Assembly: GCA_035390125.1 (NCBI GenBank)
Contig: DAOOTD010000001.1
Coordinates: 182,003 to 239,935 of the forward strand
Length of the DNA: 57,933 bases
Direction of reading: 5' to 3'
DNA from: Candidatus Moraniibacteriota bacterium
GTDB lineage: Bacteria; Patescibacteriota; Minisyncoccia; Moranbacterales; GWC2-37-73
Part shown: in pieces, positions 10,393 to 19,808 of the stretch
How the letters are laid out: every line of letters starts with the position of its first letter
Position numbering within the stretch: the first letter of the stretch is position 1
Translations under genes and position numbers: made by a program
Notes under the pieces: generated by a model
Databases searched by the model: none
Told to the model about the DNA's origin: nothing
Seen by the model: only the letters and a program-made list of their open reading frames with translations

Positions 10393-12099
10393 TTATTTTA
10401 TAATCTTCATGTCTACGAGGGATAGTTGAATTTTTTTATTCCCATTCCACTCATCTTTCTGTATATTGCAAAGAATATCAACATTACTTCCTTCGTTTAT
10501 ATCTATAAACTTTTCATAACCATTGAAGCAAATAGACTCAAAAATATTCGAAGATCCGTTAGTTGTTAAAAATAGCTTTATATGTTTATTACCATTACCG
10601 ACTATTTTCTTTTCTTTAATATTTAAATTTTTTATAAGAAACACAGGTTCTCTGTTTCCTTCTCCAAAAGGCTTAAGTTTTTCAAGATCTTCTACTAAGT
10701 CATAATTTATATTTTCCGCTAAAGCTTCTCCGTCAATTTCTATTTCTTTTGAAAGGTCTATATCTTTCAATTTTTTATTTATAATTCTGTCTATTTTTGT
10801 GTAGAATTTTTCAACATTTTCTTTTTTAACACTAACCCCGGCTGCTTGAGCGTGGCCGCCAAATTTAACCAGCAAATCTTTGCATTCTTCGATTGTTTCT
10901 ATAATATTCAATTTAGGAATACTACGGAAAGATCCCATGCAAATATCTTCGCTTTCTTGAAAAATAGCCGTAGGTTTATTGAATTTTTGGGCAATTTTTC
11001 CAGCCACTAATCCAAGAATTCCTACTGGAAAGTGTTCGCCTATTGCGAAAATAAATTTTTTATCTTTATATAAGCTTTGTGCTAATAGTTTAATTTCATC
11101 AGTTATTTTATCAGTCATTTTTTGTCTTTGACTGTTTTGGTCTTCAATTTCTAAGGCTAATTCCCGTGCCTTAGCAATATTTTTTTCGAAAACAAGATCA
11201 AATGCCAAATTAGCATGCTTTATTCTTCCAGCTGCATTTATTCGCGGTGCTACATAAAATGAAACTTTTCTAGTATCTGGCAAAACATTTTCATTAATTA
11301 TTATGCGCCCGACCTTAAAAAGTTCCTTAAGTCCTACTCTTCTGGTTTTTGTCAAAACTAAAAGTCCAAATTTTGTAAAAAGACGGTTTTCTCCTGTAAG
11401 AGGAACGCAATCGGCAATAGTACCAATAGCTACTAAATCAAGCATCCATTTAGTTTGTTCTGTTTTTTCTTTTATTAATTTTTGATAAATGGCCTGTACA
11501 ACTTTAAAAGCTACACCAACCCCAGCTAAATCTCTAAATGGATATTTTGAGTCACTAGAATGAGGGTTGATAATAGCATAAGCTGGTGGTACATTTTTAG
11601 GAACATGATGATGATCAGTGATAATTACATCTATACCTAATGAGTTTGCTTTTTTAATTTCTGTAATGTTTGTAATACCACAATCAACAGTTACAATTAA
11701 AGATACTTTTTTTTCTTTGAATGTATCTACAGCAGTAACATTAATGCCATAACCTTCTATGTGCTTATCGGGAATATATACATAAGAATCAATTCCCAGT
11801 TTATCAAATGCTTCTTTCATTATTATAGAAGCAGTAATTCCATCTGCGTCATAATCTCCATAAATTACGACTTTTTCATTTTTATCGCAAGCTTGTTTCA
11901 GTCTCTGAATAACCTTTTCCATATCTTTAAAGAGAAAAGGGTCATTTAGATCAGTTTCATAATTAGGATCGACAAATTCCCTTACTTCTTTTTCTGTCGC
12001 GATACCACGAGAAAACAAAAGCTGCACTATCAATGGATGCAACGGAAAAGAAAAAGAAGAAGGTATCTCCTGCGGTTTATTTATCAGCCATTTTGTCAT
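10393..12099 (-). CDS. recJ: Single-stranded-DNA-specific exonuclease RecJ
   Basis: 568 aa. DHH-family motifs IYGDYDADGITA, VTVDCG, ITDHH and a DHHA1 GGHAQAAG block. Confidence 0.9.
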   Translation of the reverse strand: MTKWLINKPQEIPSSFSFPLHPLIVQLLFSRGIATEKEVREFVDPNYETDLNDPFLFKDMEKVIQRLKQACDKNEKVVIYGDYDADGITASIIMKEAFDKLGIDSYVYIPDKHIEGYGINVTAVDTFKEKKVSLIVTVDCGITNITEIKKANSLGIDVIITDHHHVPKNVPPAYAIINPHSSDSKYPFRDLAGVGVAFKVVQAIYQKLIKEKTEQTKWMLDLVAIGTIADCVPLTGENRLFTKFGLLVLTKTRRVGLKELFKVGRIIINENVLPDTRKVSFYVAPRINAAGRIKHANLAFDLVFEKNIAKARELALEIEDQNSQRQKMTDKITDEIKLLAQSLYKDKKFIFAIGEHFPVGILGLVAGKIAQKFNKPTAIFQESEDICMGSFRSIPKLNIIETIEECKDLLVKFGGHAQAAGVSVKKENVEKFYTKIDRIINKKLKDIDLSKEIEIDGEALAENINYDLVEDLEKLKPFGEGNREPVFLIKNLNIKEKKIVGNGNKHIKLFLTTNGSSNIFESICFNGYEKFIDINEGSNVDILCNIQKDEWNGNKKIQLSLVDMKIIK

Positions 12100-12141
12100 A
12101 ATACTTTTTTATATCTAATTCTTTAAACAATAAAACATTTT

Positions 12142-14214
12142 TTAAATAATTATTTTTACATCAACCGCAAAAGCTTTGCGCCCGTCATTATAAATTAATA
12201 ACGGGTTTATGTCGAACTCTTTAATCTGTTTGTTTTCTAATGAGAAATCCATAAGGGATTTTACAATTTCAGAAAATTCATCAATATTATAAACAGCTTT
12301 TCCGCGAGCACCTTTGAATAAAAAGCTTATCTTTCCTTGTAGAAGCTTTTCTTTTATTTTATTTTTATCCATAGGTGGCACAAGGAAATCAACCATTTTA
12401 AAAATTTCTGTGTATATTCCACCTAAACCATATATAATAATTGGGCCAAAGATTAGATCTTTTTTGATACCTAATATAATTTCTATTTGTTTTTCTTTCA
12501 TGGGTTGGATGATAAGCCTTTCACCTGGAAAATTGTCCTGTAATTTTTTAATGGATAAATTTAAACTGTCCCTGTTTCCTATATTCAATATCAGCGCTTG
12601 CTTGTCTGATTTATGTAATATTTTATCACTATCAACTTTTAAAGCTATTGGATAGTTGATATTTTTAGGAAAATCATTATAATTTGAAATTTCATAAAAT
12701 TCTGAGCATTTTATGCCATATCTTTTCATAACATTTGCTGATTCACTGAAAAAAAGAGAACCCCTTTTTTGTTTATAAGCTTGTGCTATTATTTCAGCGA
12801 CTTGATTTCTTCTTTCTGCTAATTTTTTTATTCTTTTTCTTGATAATTTGTTTTTCCTAAAAAAGTCCCATTTGTAATATTGATCCAATGCCCGCACCGC
12901 ATCTTCAGGATTGGAAAAATTAGGAATATTTTTTTCTTCAAGATATGAAATAGCTTTTTTTACTCTTTTTCCACCTATAAAAACAGCTACTATTGGCAAT
13001 TTTATTGATTTTTTTGATTTAATAATTATTTTACTTATATTTTCAACCGGTGTTTGTTCTTGTGGAGTAAGTAAACAAAGTATAGAACCCGTGTCGCTTC
13101 CTTTTATAAGATTAATAACATTTTCATATCTATCTTCTTTTGCATCACCCAAGAGATCTATAGGATTTTGTATGGCTGATTCTTCTGGAAGATTTTTTCT
13201 TATTTCAGTCTTTATTTTTTCATTTAATTCTGCTAAAAATATATCTTTGCCTTTAAAAGCGTCTGTTGTAAGAACACCAGCTCCTCCTGCATTAGTGACT
13301 ACTGTGGCAGTATTATTTCTTGGTGCATTTGTGAATGAAATGAGCTTTAATAAATCAAAAAAATTATTTAAATCATATGCTCTTATTATGCCTGCGCTTT
13401 CAAATACAGCGTTAACTACATCATCACTGCCCGCTAACGCTCCAGTATGTGAAGAAATTGCTTGCTGTGACTTTTCTGTTTTCCCTGCTTTTAATATAAC
13501 AATAGGTTTCTTAACTGAAACTTCTCTGGCTTTTTCCAAAAATTTTATTCCATCTTTTATGCCCTCTAAATACATTCCAATAACTTTCGTTTCCCTGTCC
13601 TCAGCTAAATATTCTAACAGCTCTATCTCATTGATTTGCATTTGATTTCCCACTGAAATTATGTTTGAAAATCCTAGATTTTCTTCTGAAGATTTATCCA
13701 TAAGAGCAACTGCTAATGCTCCAGACTGCGAAACAAAGGATATGTTTCCATTTTTAGGCATTCCACTGGCAAAAGAAGCATTGATTTTTAATTTAGGTAC
13801 AATAAAACCAAGGCAATTTGGGCCTAAAATGTTTATTTTATATTTTTTTGCTAAGACTAAGAGATCTTTTTCTCTTTTTACTCCTTCTGGACCACTTTCT
13901 GAAAAACCAGCAGAAATAATAACAAAATTTCTAACATTTTTTGATCCATTATTTACTACATCTAATACGAACTTTGCTGGTACGCATACTATAGCCAGAT
14001 CAATTTTATCTTTAATCTCTCCTAAAGAAGCATAGCAACGTCTCATTTTTAAAATTTTATATGCAGGATTAACAAAATATGTTTTCCCCTCATATCCTAA
14101 TTTTAAAATATTTTCAGTTATAATATTTCCTATCTTACCTTTCTTATTTGAAGCGCCTACAATTGCTATAGATTTAGGGCTGAACAACGATTTGTATTTT
14201 TTTATTTTTTTCAT
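12142..14214 (-). CDS. ADP-forming acetyl-CoA synthetase (acetate--CoA ligase; fused CoA-binding/ligase and ATP-grasp domains)
   Basis: 690 aa. N-terminal CoA-binding block SIAIVGASNKKGKIG, LGPNCLG, and a C-terminal ATP-grasp-like half. Confidence 0.85.
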   Translation of the reverse strand: MKKIKKYKSLFSPKSIAIVGASNKKGKIGNIITENILKLGYEGKTYFVNPAYKILKMRRCYASLGEIKDKIDLAIVCVPAKFVLDVVNNGSKNVRNFVIISAGFSESGPEGVKREKDLLVLAKKYKINILGPNCLGFIVPKLKINASFASGMPKNGNISFVSQSGALAVALMDKSSEENLGFSNIISVGNQMQINEIELLEYLAEDRETKVIGMYLEGIKDGIKFLEKAREVSVKKPIVILKAGKTEKSQQAISSHTGALAGSDDVVNAVFESAGIIRAYDLNNFFDLLKLISFTNAPRNNTATVVTNAGGAGVLTTDAFKGKDIFLAELNEKIKTEIRKNLPEESAIQNPIDLLGDAKEDRYENVINLIKGSDTGSILCLLTPQEQTPVENISKIIIKSKKSIKLPIVAVFIGGKRVKKAISYLEEKNIPNFSNPEDAVRALDQYYKWDFFRKNKLSRKRIKKLAERRNQVAEIIAQAYKQKRGSLFFSESANVMKRYGIKCSEFYEISNYNDFPKNINYPIALKVDSDKILHKSDKQALILNIGNRDSLNLSIKKLQDNFPGERLIIQPMKEKQIEIILGIKKDLIFGPIIIYGLGGIYTEIFKMVDFLVPPMDKNKIKEKLLQGKISFLFKGARGKAVYNIDEFSEIVKSLMDFSLENKQIKEFDINPLLIYNDGRKAFAVDVKIII

Positions 14215-14299
14215 ATATACCCATTATAATAGCTTTTAAATAAAAAAGCGAGTAGTAAAAACAACTCGTTTTTTATTTTAATACATTATATTAATTACC

Positions 14300-15409
14300 T
14301 TAAATTCCGTATTTTTTCAAATCTTCAATAGCCCTTTTCTGCTCTTTTGTGGTAGCTTTTGGAATGTCTACAATAATGGTAACCATATGATCACCTTTAA
14401 TGTAGTCACGACCTAATTGAGGCACTCCTTGTCCTTTTATGCGGAAAATTTCACCTGATTGGGTTCCACTTGGTATTTTAATAGTAACCGGGCCTTTAAT
14501 AGTTTTAACGTTTATCTTATCTCCAAGAACTGCCTGTGAAAATAATATATGCTCAGTTGAAAATATATTACTACCTTTGCGTTGAAATTCATCATGTGGT
14601 TTTACATGAACAGTTACATAAAGATCTCCACTTCTAGCACCTCTTTCTCCAGCCTCACCATATCCTTGTAATGAGATTGTTTGCCCATCGGCAATTCCGG
14701 CTGGAATTTCTATGCTAATATTCTGTTTTTCTCGGACTCTTCCGTCGCCACCACATTTATGACATTTCTTTGAATATATCTTGCCTGCTCCTTCACAAGT
14801 AGGACAGGTGGAAACTTGCTGGAATGATCCAAAAAAACTACGAGTAACTTTCTTGACTTGCCCGCTGCCTTTGCATGTCGGGCAGGTTTCTTCTTTTATT
14901 CCTGGTTCACCTCCAGTGCCGCGACAAACGTCGCAAACCACATTTCTCAGCAAAGAAACTTCCCTTTTTGCTCCGGTTACAATTTCTTCAAATTTTATTT
15001 CCACATCAATCTGGATATCCCTGCCCGTCTTATGAGAAGATTGTCTACGACTCCTGCTAAAATTATCGCCAAAAATATCAGAAAATATATCTTCGAACCC
15101 CCCATTAAATTCAAAGCCTTGTCCGTTAAATCCTTGCTGAAATCCAGAAAAATCAAAGCCTTCGAAGCCACTGAATCCTCCCTGCCCTGCACGCCTACTT
15201 TGATCAAAAGTTTGACCAAATTGATCATATTGCTGGCGTTTAGTTTTGTCGGAAAGTACCTGATAGGCCTCGTTTACCTCTTTAAATTTATCAGCATCAC
15301 CACCCTGTTTGTCAGGATGATATTTATGAGCCAGCCTTCGATATGCTTTCTTTATTTCATCATCAGAAGCACTCTTGTTGACACCTAGAATTTCATAATA
15401 GTTAGCCAT
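14300..15409 (-). CDS. dnaJ: Molecular chaperone DnaJ
   Basis: 369 aa. J domain with HPD, a G/F-rich linker and four CxxCxGxG repeats. Confidence 0.97.
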   Translation of the reverse strand: MANYYEILGVNKSASDDEIKKAYRRLAHKYHPDKQGGDADKFKEVNEAYQVLSDKTKRQQYDQFGQTFDQSRRAGQGGFSGFEGFDFSGFQQGFNGQGFEFNGGFEDIFSDIFGDNFSRSRRQSSHKTGRDIQIDVEIKFEEIVTGAKREVSLLRNVVCDVCRGTGGEPGIKEETCPTCKGSGQVKKVTRSFFGSFQQVSTCPTCEGAGKIYSKKCHKCGGDGRVREKQNISIEIPAGIADGQTISLQGYGEAGERGARSGDLYVTVHVKPHDEFQRKGSNIFSTEHILFSQAVLGDKINVKTIKGPVTIKIPSGTQSGEIFRIKGQGVPQLGRDYIKGDHMVTIIVDIPKATTKEQKRAIEDLKKYGI

Positions 15410-15432
15410 ATTGATAATATTTTTACTAGTAT

Positions 15433-15461
15433 ATTTTACACCTAAATAAAAAAATTAGCAA
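15433..15461 (-). promoter_or_regulatory. Putative dnaJ promoter overlapping CIRCE
   Basis: On the minus strand TTGCTA-N17-TAAAAT. The -35 hexamer lies inside the CIRCE arm. Confidence 0.45.
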
Positions 15462-15481
15462 TCCCATATTAAGAGTGCTAA
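15455..15481. promoter_or_regulatory. CIRCE operator (HrcA binding site) upstream of dnaJ
   Basis: TTAGCAATC-N9-GAGTGCTAA compared with the consensus TTAGCACTC-N9-GAGTGCTAA. Lies 46 nt upstream of the dnaJ ATG. Confidence 0.85.
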
Positions 15482-15493
15482 TTCATAAAATTT

Positions 15494-16465
15494 TTATATT
15501 ATTATTTCTTTCTGCACGGTAACTTTTTTTATTTCTACTAAGCTAAAATAAACAAATATTTTAAATATAAAAATAATTATCAGGAACCATAAAATAGTCA
15601 GGATTGAACTTAATGGCCAAATTGTAATGAATAAAATAATTGCAACAGCATAAGAATAAAAAGAAAAACTTGAATCATCATTTATTTTTGGCTGGAAAAA
15701 ATCATTTATTTTTTTATTAATAAGTTCGGCAAATATATCAGACATTTTTTCATTCCCTCCTACAACACGGCCGACCATCTGAGAAAGTTGTCTTCGTCCT
15801 TCTTGGACTATCATTTCATTATTTTTTTGCAAAAACTGGATTCGAGAGCTATTTATTTCTTCAGATGAGTTAGTTTTATCGATGTTTTGTTGCGAGTGTA
15901 TTATAAATTCATCAACAGTCAACTCTCCTTTTGGTATTGATTTAAAACTTGGATTAACAAAAGATAAAACAGGCTCAACAACTTTTGAGGTGATTAAACT
16001 GAAATCTAATTTTGGAATAACTTTTTGCCCGTTTGGATTATTTGTTATGAAAAAATACTGACTTGAGATAAGCAAGGATAAAGCCAACACTATTTTGAAT
16101 TTTCCCATATAAAGAGATTTCCATATATCTATTTTAATATTGAGATCCAGATCTTTTCTTATTTCTCTCAAACCTGAAATTACTAAAAGAATAGCTAATA
16201 AAAGAATTGGCAAATACCACAAAAAAGGACTGAAAATAAGGCTAAAAATAAAAGATATTACAACTATAATTTCTACGATAATTCTTTGGCTAATTAAAAT
16301 AGTTGTTAAGCACATGAAAATAATAAGTAAAGAAAAAAACAAAATCAAAAGAAACCAAGCGTTCAGGTTAGGCATTTTAGATAAATAAAAAATTAAAAAC
16401 CAAGAAAAAAATCCAAAGACAATGATCAAGCTTAGCAAAGCATACTTTAATATATTTTTTTTCAT
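15494..16465 (-). CDS. Polytopic membrane protein, unknown function
   Basis: 323 aa. Several N-terminal TM helices, a soluble middle section and a C-terminal TM pair. No motif recognised. Confidence 0.6.
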   Translation of the reverse strand: MKKNILKYALLSLIIVFGFFSWFLIFYLSKMPNLNAWFLLILFFSLLIIFMCLTTILISQRIIVEIIVVISFIFSLIFSPFLWYLPILLLAILLVISGLREIRKDLDLNIKIDIWKSLYMGKFKIVLALSLLISSQYFFITNNPNGQKVIPKLDFSLITSKVVEPVLSFVNPSFKSIPKGELTVDEFIIHSQQNIDKTNSSEEINSSRIQFLQKNNEMIVQEGRRQLSQMVGRVVGGNEKMSDIFAELINKKINDFFQPKINDDSSFSFYSYAVAIILFITIWPLSSILTILWFLIIIFIFKIFVYFSLVEIKKVTVQKEIII

Positions 16466-16504
16466 ATTTTTTTATTTATTAAAGTATATCATAAAAAATA
16501 AAAA

Positions 16505-16533
16505 TTGTAGCTTTTTTAATTTTAGAGTATAAT
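16505..16533 (+). promoter_or_regulatory. Sigma-70-like promoter
   Basis: TTGTAG-N17-TATAAT. The -10 ends 1 nt before the first ATG of the track ORF, so that ATG is unlikely to be the start codon. Confidence 0.5.
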
Positions 16534-16567
16534 AATGAAAAATACTAATAAAGGAGGTACTTTAAAA

Positions 16568-16960
16568 ATGGAAATTCTCATGATGTTTATAAGAGCTTAT
16601 TTATTGAAAATAATAGCCTCCTTTATTATGTGGTTCATACTAAAGAGGGTTTATAAAATAAGCAAAGAAGAAAACTATTACAAATTAGGCAGGCCACTTA
16701 TTGAAGTATGTGCATTGAGCATAGCTTCTTTTCTGACAGTTTTTTTATTAATTTACATGATCAACTCAAACGTTACCTCACTTGATTTTTTACAGCCAAT
16801 AAATTTTTTCTTTGCTACAGTAATATCATTATCTTTATTGATTGCAACAATAAAGTTGGGAACCAGGACCCGCACTGGTTATGCTAAAATAATTTTGCAT
16901 AAAAGTCCCATATCGAATTTTAAACTCTTGAAGTTATTTGCTTCCATTATAGAAAATTAA
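16568..16960 (+). CDS. Membrane protein, unknown function (start moved to the internal ATG)
   Basis: The track ORF is 16535..16960. The ATG at 16568 (MEILMMF...) follows AAAGGAGGT by about 8 nt, whereas 16535 abuts the -10 box. Three or four TM helices. Confidence 0.55.
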   Translation: MEILMMFIRAYLLKIIASFIMWFILKRVYKISKEENYYKLGRPLIEVCALSIASFLTVFLLIYMINSNVTSLDFLQPINFFFATVISLSLLIATIKLGTRTRTGYAKIILHKSPISNFKLLKLFASIIEN

Positions 16961-16978
16961 ACAAAACAACCAAAAAAG

Positions 16979-17010
16979 GGCAGGCCTTATTTAAGACCTG
17001 CCTTTATTTT
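16979..17010. terminator. Bidirectional intrinsic terminator between convergent genes
   Basis: Stem GGCAGG / CCTGCC flanked by an A-run upstream and TTTATTTT downstream. Confidence 0.55.
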
Positions 17011-17159
17011 ACTACTATTATTATTTCATTTTCTTCTTCTTCCTTATTTTTATAATAAGGACGGGCATCGATAAGAATAATTTCCCTAAGAGGATCGTAG
17101 GGATTTTTTCCCTTTGAAAATTTTTCTTCCCTTTTTTCTTCCAGCGGCTTATCTTCCAT
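17004..17159 (-). CDS. Small charged protein (51 aa), unknown function
   Basis: Internal ATG at 17159 preceded by AGGGGG and 5 nt. Its promoter (17207-17235) lies inside the longer track ORF, so the 74-aa version is unlikely. Sequence MEDKPLEEKREEKFSKGKNPYDPLREIILIDARPYYKNKEEEENEIIIVVK. Confidence 0.5.
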   Translation of the reverse strand: MEDKPLEEKREEKFSKGKNPYDPLREIILIDARPYYKNKEEEENEIIIVVK

Positions 17160-17206
17160 TAAAACCCCCTTTTTTGTAAAATGTTTTACAAAACCTATGA
17201 TTATTA

Positions 17207-17235
17207 ATTTAATCACTTTTAGCTCCAACTGTCAA
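17207..17235 (-). promoter_or_regulatory. Sigma-70-like promoter for the 51-aa gene
   Basis: Minus strand TTGACA-N17-TTAAAT. Confidence 0.5.
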
Positions 17236-17267
17236 CATTAAAAGCACCTACTCAAAGAAAGTTTTAA

Positions 17268-17867
17268 CTATCGCACAGGAACGTTTGGAATATTTGGACT
17301 ATTTGCTCCAGATGGAATTTTTATATCTTTAGCCATATTCATCATCCCTTTCATCATTTCACACATATCTTGAAACTGAATATTGTCTGGTATGCTAATA
17401 TCAACTGAAGCTATAGGAGCACAAACAACATTAGTAGCAGCGTCAAAAGCTTTTTCTGGTTCTTGAAATGAAGGAGCTGATTCTTGTCCTTCCATTTTTG
17501 GCAAATCTTTTATACAGCTCATTGCTAATTTGCTGGACATTGGCATCCCTTCGCCCCAAGTATAAGACACTTCATCTTTCATCACGGAATACATTTTTCT
17601 TCCATCAATTTCTGATGTAGATTTAAAATTCTTTCCATCTGTCTGCATAACAGCTTTTATCTCCTTGCCGTTAATTTTAGTCGTGTAAGTACATTCCATT
17701 TTTTTACCCAAACCCATAGCTTCCTTGATTGAAGTAATCGCAGAACTCTTTGATGAATTATCCTGTTGATTCTGTGCTGTACTTTGATCAACAGCACCTG
17801 GCTTGGCACAACCAGAAAGAAAAATCACTGCTACAACAACAAAAACACTTAAAAGCATTTTTTTCAT
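17268..17867 (-). CDS. Lipoprotein with a Met-rich C-terminal segment
   Basis: 199 aa. Signal peptide plus lipobox (VIFLSGC), and a C-terminal CEMMKGMMNMAKD. Confidence 0.7.
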   Translation of the reverse strand: MKKMLLSVFVVVAVIFLSGCAKPGAVDQSTAQNQQDNSSKSSAITSIKEAMGLGKKMECTYTTKINGKEIKAVMQTDGKNFKSTSEIDGRKMYSVMKDEVSYTWGEGMPMSSKLAMSCIKDLPKMEGQESAPSFQEPEKAFDAATNVVCAPIASVDISIPDNIQFQDMCEMMKGMMNMAKDIKIPSGANSPNIPNVPVR

Positions 17868-17897
17868 ATTTGTTTTTTATTAATTATTAACAATTTA

Positions 17898-17926
17898 ATT
17901 ATACAACACTTTTTAAAAATTGTCAG
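17898..17926 (-). promoter_or_regulatory. Promoter for the lipoprotein gene
   Basis: Minus strand CTGACA-N17-TATAAT, about 30 nt upstream of the ATG at 17867. Confidence 0.5.
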
Positions 17927-17929
17927 AAA

Positions 17930-17969
17930 AATTTTAAAAGCGTTGCTTCCAAATTGAAACAACGCTTTT
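17930..17969. terminator. Perfect 10-bp hairpin terminator
   Basis: AAAAGCGTTG / CAACGCTTTT with T-runs on both sides. Likely ends the 18777->18077 transcript. Confidence 0.55.
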
Positions 17970-18076
17970 AATTTTTTTTTAGGCTTTTTCTTTTTTCTCA
18001 TTTTTCTAAAAAGAAAGAGATTTCCTTTAATTGGCTGGCCTTTTTTAGGCTCACACCATATAGCTGCGCCCATGGT

Positions 18077-18211
18077 TCACCTCATCATTTTATGCAATAG
18101 ACTGGGATAAAAATAATAAATTCCTACAGCAAGTATTAAAATAGCTATTAAACAAGGGACTATTATCCTATCCCATATCTTCTGCCATGTTTCCTTGAGA
18201 GAATTTTTCAA
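18077..18211 (-). CDS. Possible 44-aa single-TM peptide (TTG start)
   Basis: The TTG overlaps the stop of the upstream gene (TTGA). Reads KNSLKETWQKIWDRIIVPCLIAILILAVGIYYFYPSLLHKMMR. No independent SD, so coupling is only inferred. Confidence 0.3.
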   Translation of the reverse strand: MKNSLKETWQKIWDRIIVPCLIAILILAVGIYYFYPSLLHKMMR

Positions 18212-18777
18212 ATTTCCGGCACCCCCTTTCTTAAAACTTCTTTTTCAAATTCTCTTTGAATCTCTTTATTGCAAAAATTGATTATCTTTCCGACTTCTTC
18301 AATATATTTCAGGCATTTTTCTCTTGCTCGTGCGGGAAAATTCACAGGAAAATCTTTTTCCGATATTCCATATCCCACACTTTGCAATTCGTGCTGTAAA
18401 GCTATGCAATGAGCTATAAAAATGCCACCCTCGCTGCATTTACAAAGGAGCGCAAAAATGCAGGCTTTAATTTGCTCACATTTCTCCTTGTTTTCCTCTC
18501 TACCATTGAAAATTTTATACGGAATTATGCCTAATCCTGTACTATTTAAAAGAAGTCCTGCAAAAAAAGAAATTCTTGCTTCTGTTTTGGATCCTGCCCT
18601 TAAAGCTAATGACTCTGCCATTAAAGCCAATTTTTCAGAACATTCCCTTGCTTCATCGTCAAAACTGGCTGCGCAAAGTTGTCTGAAAGTGGCTAGATCG
18701 AGTTTGTGAAACAAACAATACCTTTCTATCTTTTCTATTATTTCTTTACTGAATAAAGACATACTCCTAAAACCCAT
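18208..18777 (-). CDS. Cys-rich cytoplasmic protein, unknown function
   Basis: 189 aa. AAGGAGG SD 8 nt upstream of the ATG and about 10 Cys, including CIFALLCKCSEGGIFIAHC. Visibly more G+C-rich than its neighbours. Confidence 0.65.
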   Translation of the reverse strand: MGFRSMSLFSKEIIEKIERYCLFHKLDLATFRQLCAASFDDEARECSEKLALMAESLALRAGSKTEARISFFAGLLLNSTGLGIIPYKIFNGREENKEKCEQIKACIFALLCKCSEGGIFIAHCIALQHELQSVGYGISEKDFPVNFPARAREKCLKYIEEVGKIINFCNKEIQREFEKEVLRKGVPEI

Positions 18778-18861
18778 AGATCTCGCCTCCTTTCTTTTAA
18801 TTTAATGATATTGTTAAGATAACTGCTTAAAAATTAAGCAAAAAAAAGAAAAAAGTCAAAT

Positions 18862-18896
18862 CATAAAATAAAGGCGCTATCTTTTATAACGCCTTT
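18862..18896 (-). terminator. Intrinsic terminator after the 39-aa peptide gene
   Basis: Stem AAGGCG / CGCCTT, followed on the minus strand by TTATTTTAT. Confidence 0.45.
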
Positions 18897-18923
18897 AAAA
18901 CTAATGATTTTTTAAATTATTGA

Positions 18924-19043
18924 CTATCTTATTCTGTCTTCAATTTCACATTGAAGACCCCTAAGGGCAACTGAGATAAATAATAACAATATTAAAATAC
19001 AGATAGATAGTGCAAAGCCAAAATCTTTAATCTTTTCTATCAT
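18924..19043 (-). CDS. Possible 39-aa single-TM peptide
   Basis: Not in the ORF track (under 60 aa). AAAGGAG SD 7 nt before the ATG. Sequence MIEKIKDFGFALSICILILLLFISVALRGLQCEIEDRIR, followed by a terminator. Confidence 0.45.
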   Translation of the reverse strand: MIEKIKDFGFALSICILILLLFISVALRGLQCEIEDRIR

Positions 19044-19109
19044 AATAAAACTCCTTTCCGGTAATTTTTTGAACTTTTTAAAATAACTATTGCTAAAGCC
19101 ATTTAAGCA

Positions 19110-19757
19110 TCACCGATTTACAATGTCAACTAATTCTTTCGCGCTGGATAAAATTATATCTGCCTGTGAAAAATCATGGTTTTTTGTGAATTCATTTGGG
19201 ATAGCTATGCACTTTAACCCGGCATTTTTAGCTGCTTCAATGCCTGTTTGCGAGTCTTCAATGGCTATGCATTCTTCCTTGGAGCGCTCTAATTTTTCCA
19301 AAGCTTTCGAATAAACATCCGGAAAAGGTTTTATTTTTTCAACATCTTCTCCTGTAATAACAACTTCAAAATATTTCCTTACATTAAACTTATCAAGCAC
19401 ATGTTCGACTGACGCCTTAACGCCCGAAGAAACTATTGCCAGGTCGTATTTTTTAGAAAAATTTTGCAATATCTCCAAAATCTCTGGCATCAACTCTCCT
19501 TTTTTATCTAATATTTCCCAGTAGGCTTGTTTTTTTCTCTGTGATATTTCACTTTTATTTATTGGCATGCCGAATTTTTCAGACATTTTTTCATAGAGAA
19601 TATTGTCTCCCTTTGCGACACCAAAACGCATATAATCTTCCAGAGATAATTTGATTTTATACTTTTCTAAAACTTTTTTATGCGCCTCAAAATGCAGCGG
19701 TTCGCTGTCTATAATTACTCCATCTAGATCAAATAAGATTGCCCTGATATTGTGCAT
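19110..19757 (-). CDS. HAD-superfamily hydrolase (beta-phosphoglucomutase/phosphatase-like)
   Basis: 215 aa. Motif I FDLDGVIIDSE and motif IV-like IEDSQTGIEAAKNAG. Confidence 0.85.
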   Translation of the reverse strand: MHNIRAILFDLDGVIIDSEPLHFEAHKKVLEKYKIKLSLEDYMRFGVAKGDNILYEKMSEKFGMPINKSEISQRKKQAYWEILDKKGELMPEILEILQNFSKKYDLAIVSSGVKASVEHVLDKFNVRKYFEVVITGEDVEKIKPFPDVYSKALEKLERSKEECIAIEDSQTGIEAAKNAGLKCIAIPNEFTKNHDFSQADIILSSAKELVDIVNR

Positions 19758-19808
19758 AGACTTGTTTTATTTTTTATTATTAATCTATATTTAATTATAA
19801 CACACGAC

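Noticed and set aside
12911-13645. A 244-aa plus-strand ORF, together with 12314..12655 and 13661..14035.
   Set aside because: These are antisense to the well-supported ADP-forming acetyl-CoA synthetase gene. They are S/F/I-rich with low complexity and have no SD or promoter.
14781-15388. Several plus-strand and alternative-frame ORFs (84, 176, 61 and 77 aa) inside dnaJ.
   Set aside because: They are shadow ORFs of a gene with unmistakable J-domain and zinc-finger motifs, and none has any translation signal.
17864-18073. A 69-aa ORF (MGAAIWCEPKKGQ...) with a plausible GAGGTGA SD and an ATGA overlap with the lipoprotein start.
   Set aside because: Its second half contains a perfect 10-bp terminator hairpin (17937-17969) and a CTGACA-N17-TATAAT promoter for the lipoprotein gene. 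The C-terminal sequence is AT-driven K/I/L filler. It is most likely intergenic regulatory DNA read as an ORF.
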